In this document: piece by piece, positions 62,601 through 64,000 of the stretch
How positions within the stretch are numbered: position 1 is the stretch's first letter
Layout: every line of letters begins with the position of its first letter
Assembly: GCA_051530055.1 (NCBI GenBank)
Contig: CM121342.1
Location: 2,514,797-2,578,796, forward strand
From: Neoechinorhynchus agilis
Lineage: Eukaryota; Animalia; Acanthocephala
Direction: 5' to 3'
DNA length: 64,000 bases
The notes under the pieces: generated by a model
Told to the model about the DNA's origin: nothing
What the model saw: the letters and a program-made list of their open reading frames with translations, nothing else
The model's database searches: none
Program-made: the position numbers and the translations under genes

Positions 62601-64000
62601 AATATGATAATGCGATTTCCGATTCGAATATTGCAGCTGTAGTTTAGGATGTCCGTTAATTTAGTACACCTAAACGCGCTGATTCTAAATCTGTATCCGG
62701 ATTTACGATAGCTGCTACGGTTCTTGAGTTATTGGTTTTTCAATTTTTAGAAAAACTACCTTGATTATTGATATTAAAACTTCAATAAATTTAAGACCAA
62801 ATTAACTTTTCTAGATCTACTTTTAACGCTGAATTCACCTGCACAAATGGTTTGATGTGGCTTTTTAAATTTTGACACTTAGTTTCAGGATTGAAGTTCA
62901 TAAAAGACACCTGAATTAAATCTGTGGTACTCGTAAGCTGTTACGAAATGATAAAACCTTATGAGCATATCAAATGCGCTGATTTCAATGGTGTTATCTA
63001 ATTATAATAAATCTTGCAAATTTAGTGATCTTTCACTCTTGTGACTATTGACCAAATATGATAATGCGATTTCCGATTCGAATATTGCAGCTGTAGTTTA
63101 GGATTTAAGATAATTTAGTACATCTTAACGCGCTGATTCTAAATCTGTATCCGGATTTGCGATAGCTGCTACGGTTCTTTAGTTATTCGTTGTTCAATTT
63201 TGAGACAAACTACCTTGATTATTGATATTAAAACGTCAATAAATTTAAGATCAAATTAACTTTTCTAAATCTACTTTTAACGCTGAATTCACCTGCACAA
63301 AAGGTTTGATGTGGCTTTTTAAATTTTTACACTTAGTTTCAGGATTGAAGTTCATAAAAGACACCTGAATTAAATCTGTGGTACTCGTAAGCTGTTACGA
63401 AATGATAAAACATTTTGAGCATATCAAATGCGCTGATTTCAATGGTGTTATCTAATTATAATTAATCTTGCAAATTTAGTGATCTTTCACTCTTGTGACT
63501 ATTGACCAAATATGATAATGCGATTTCCGATTCGAATATTGCAGCTGTAGTTTAGGATGTCAGTTAATTTAGTACATCTTAACGCGCTGATTCTAAATCT
63601 GTGTCCGGATTTTCGATAGCTTTTATTGTTCTTGAGTTATTCGTTGTTCAATTTACAGACAAACTACCTTGATTATTGATATTAAAACGTCAATAAATCT
63701 AAGATCAAATTAACTTTTCTAGATCTACTTTTAACGCTGAATTGACCTGAACAAATGGTTTTTTGTGGCTTTTTAAATTTTTACACTTGGTTTCAGGATT
63801 GAAGTTCATAAAAGACACCTGAATAAAATCTGTGGTACTAAAAAGTTGTTACGAAATGATAAAACATTTTGAGCATATCAAATGCGCTGATTTCAATGGT
63901 GTTATCTTATTATAATGAATCTTTCAAATTTAGTGATCTTTCACTCTTGTGACTATTGACCAAATATGATAATGCGATTTCCGATTCGAATATTGCAGAT
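56671..64000. repeat. ~454-bp satellite, subfamily B (~16 units, more heterogeneous, continues past the window end)
   Basis: Diagnostic variants versus A: gactattgacc, gtttaggatgtc, ttcgttgttcaatt, gcacaaatgg, gtactcgtaag. Confidence 0.97.

Noticed and set aside
40704-64000. CRISPR array or hammerhead-bearing satellite
   Set aside because: There are no unique spacers and the context is eukaryotic. I found no CTGANGA...GAAA core on either strand of the monomer.

Overview
AT-rich eukaryotic, probably animal, genomic DNA. The evidence is short spliceosomal introns, a Kunitz gene, and Penelope-like (PLE) and CRE retroelements; the species cannot be determined from this window. The first ~40.7 kb holds divergent housekeeping and accessory genes: MON1, an intronless cullin, an EF-hand/NCS-like gene, LIPT2/LipB, EB1/MAPRE, a double-Kunitz secreted protein, a damaged poly-MATH gene and a proprotein-convertase P-domain fragment. 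These are interleaved with decayed retroelements (two PLE remnants, four CRE-clade copies, one miniature LTR element). The last ~23.3 kb is a tandem array of a ~454-bp satellite with two subfamilies, running off the window end. The most interesting signal is a dispersed set of 90-250 bp MITE-like palindromes. In the best-preserved copies each arm carries a minimal hammerhead ribozyme core of the same design as the one in the 3' terminal repeat of the PLE remnant, so they look like head-to-head miniature Penelope derivatives. A second hammerhead tail family is also present. Other points of note are a 48-nt hairpin insertion with an in-frame stop in MON1, a LIPT2 intron that cannot be GT-AG, splice acceptors placed just before several start codons, and a ~3 x 150-bp substructure in the satellite. 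All family assignments come from motif recognition by eye; no database searches were run.
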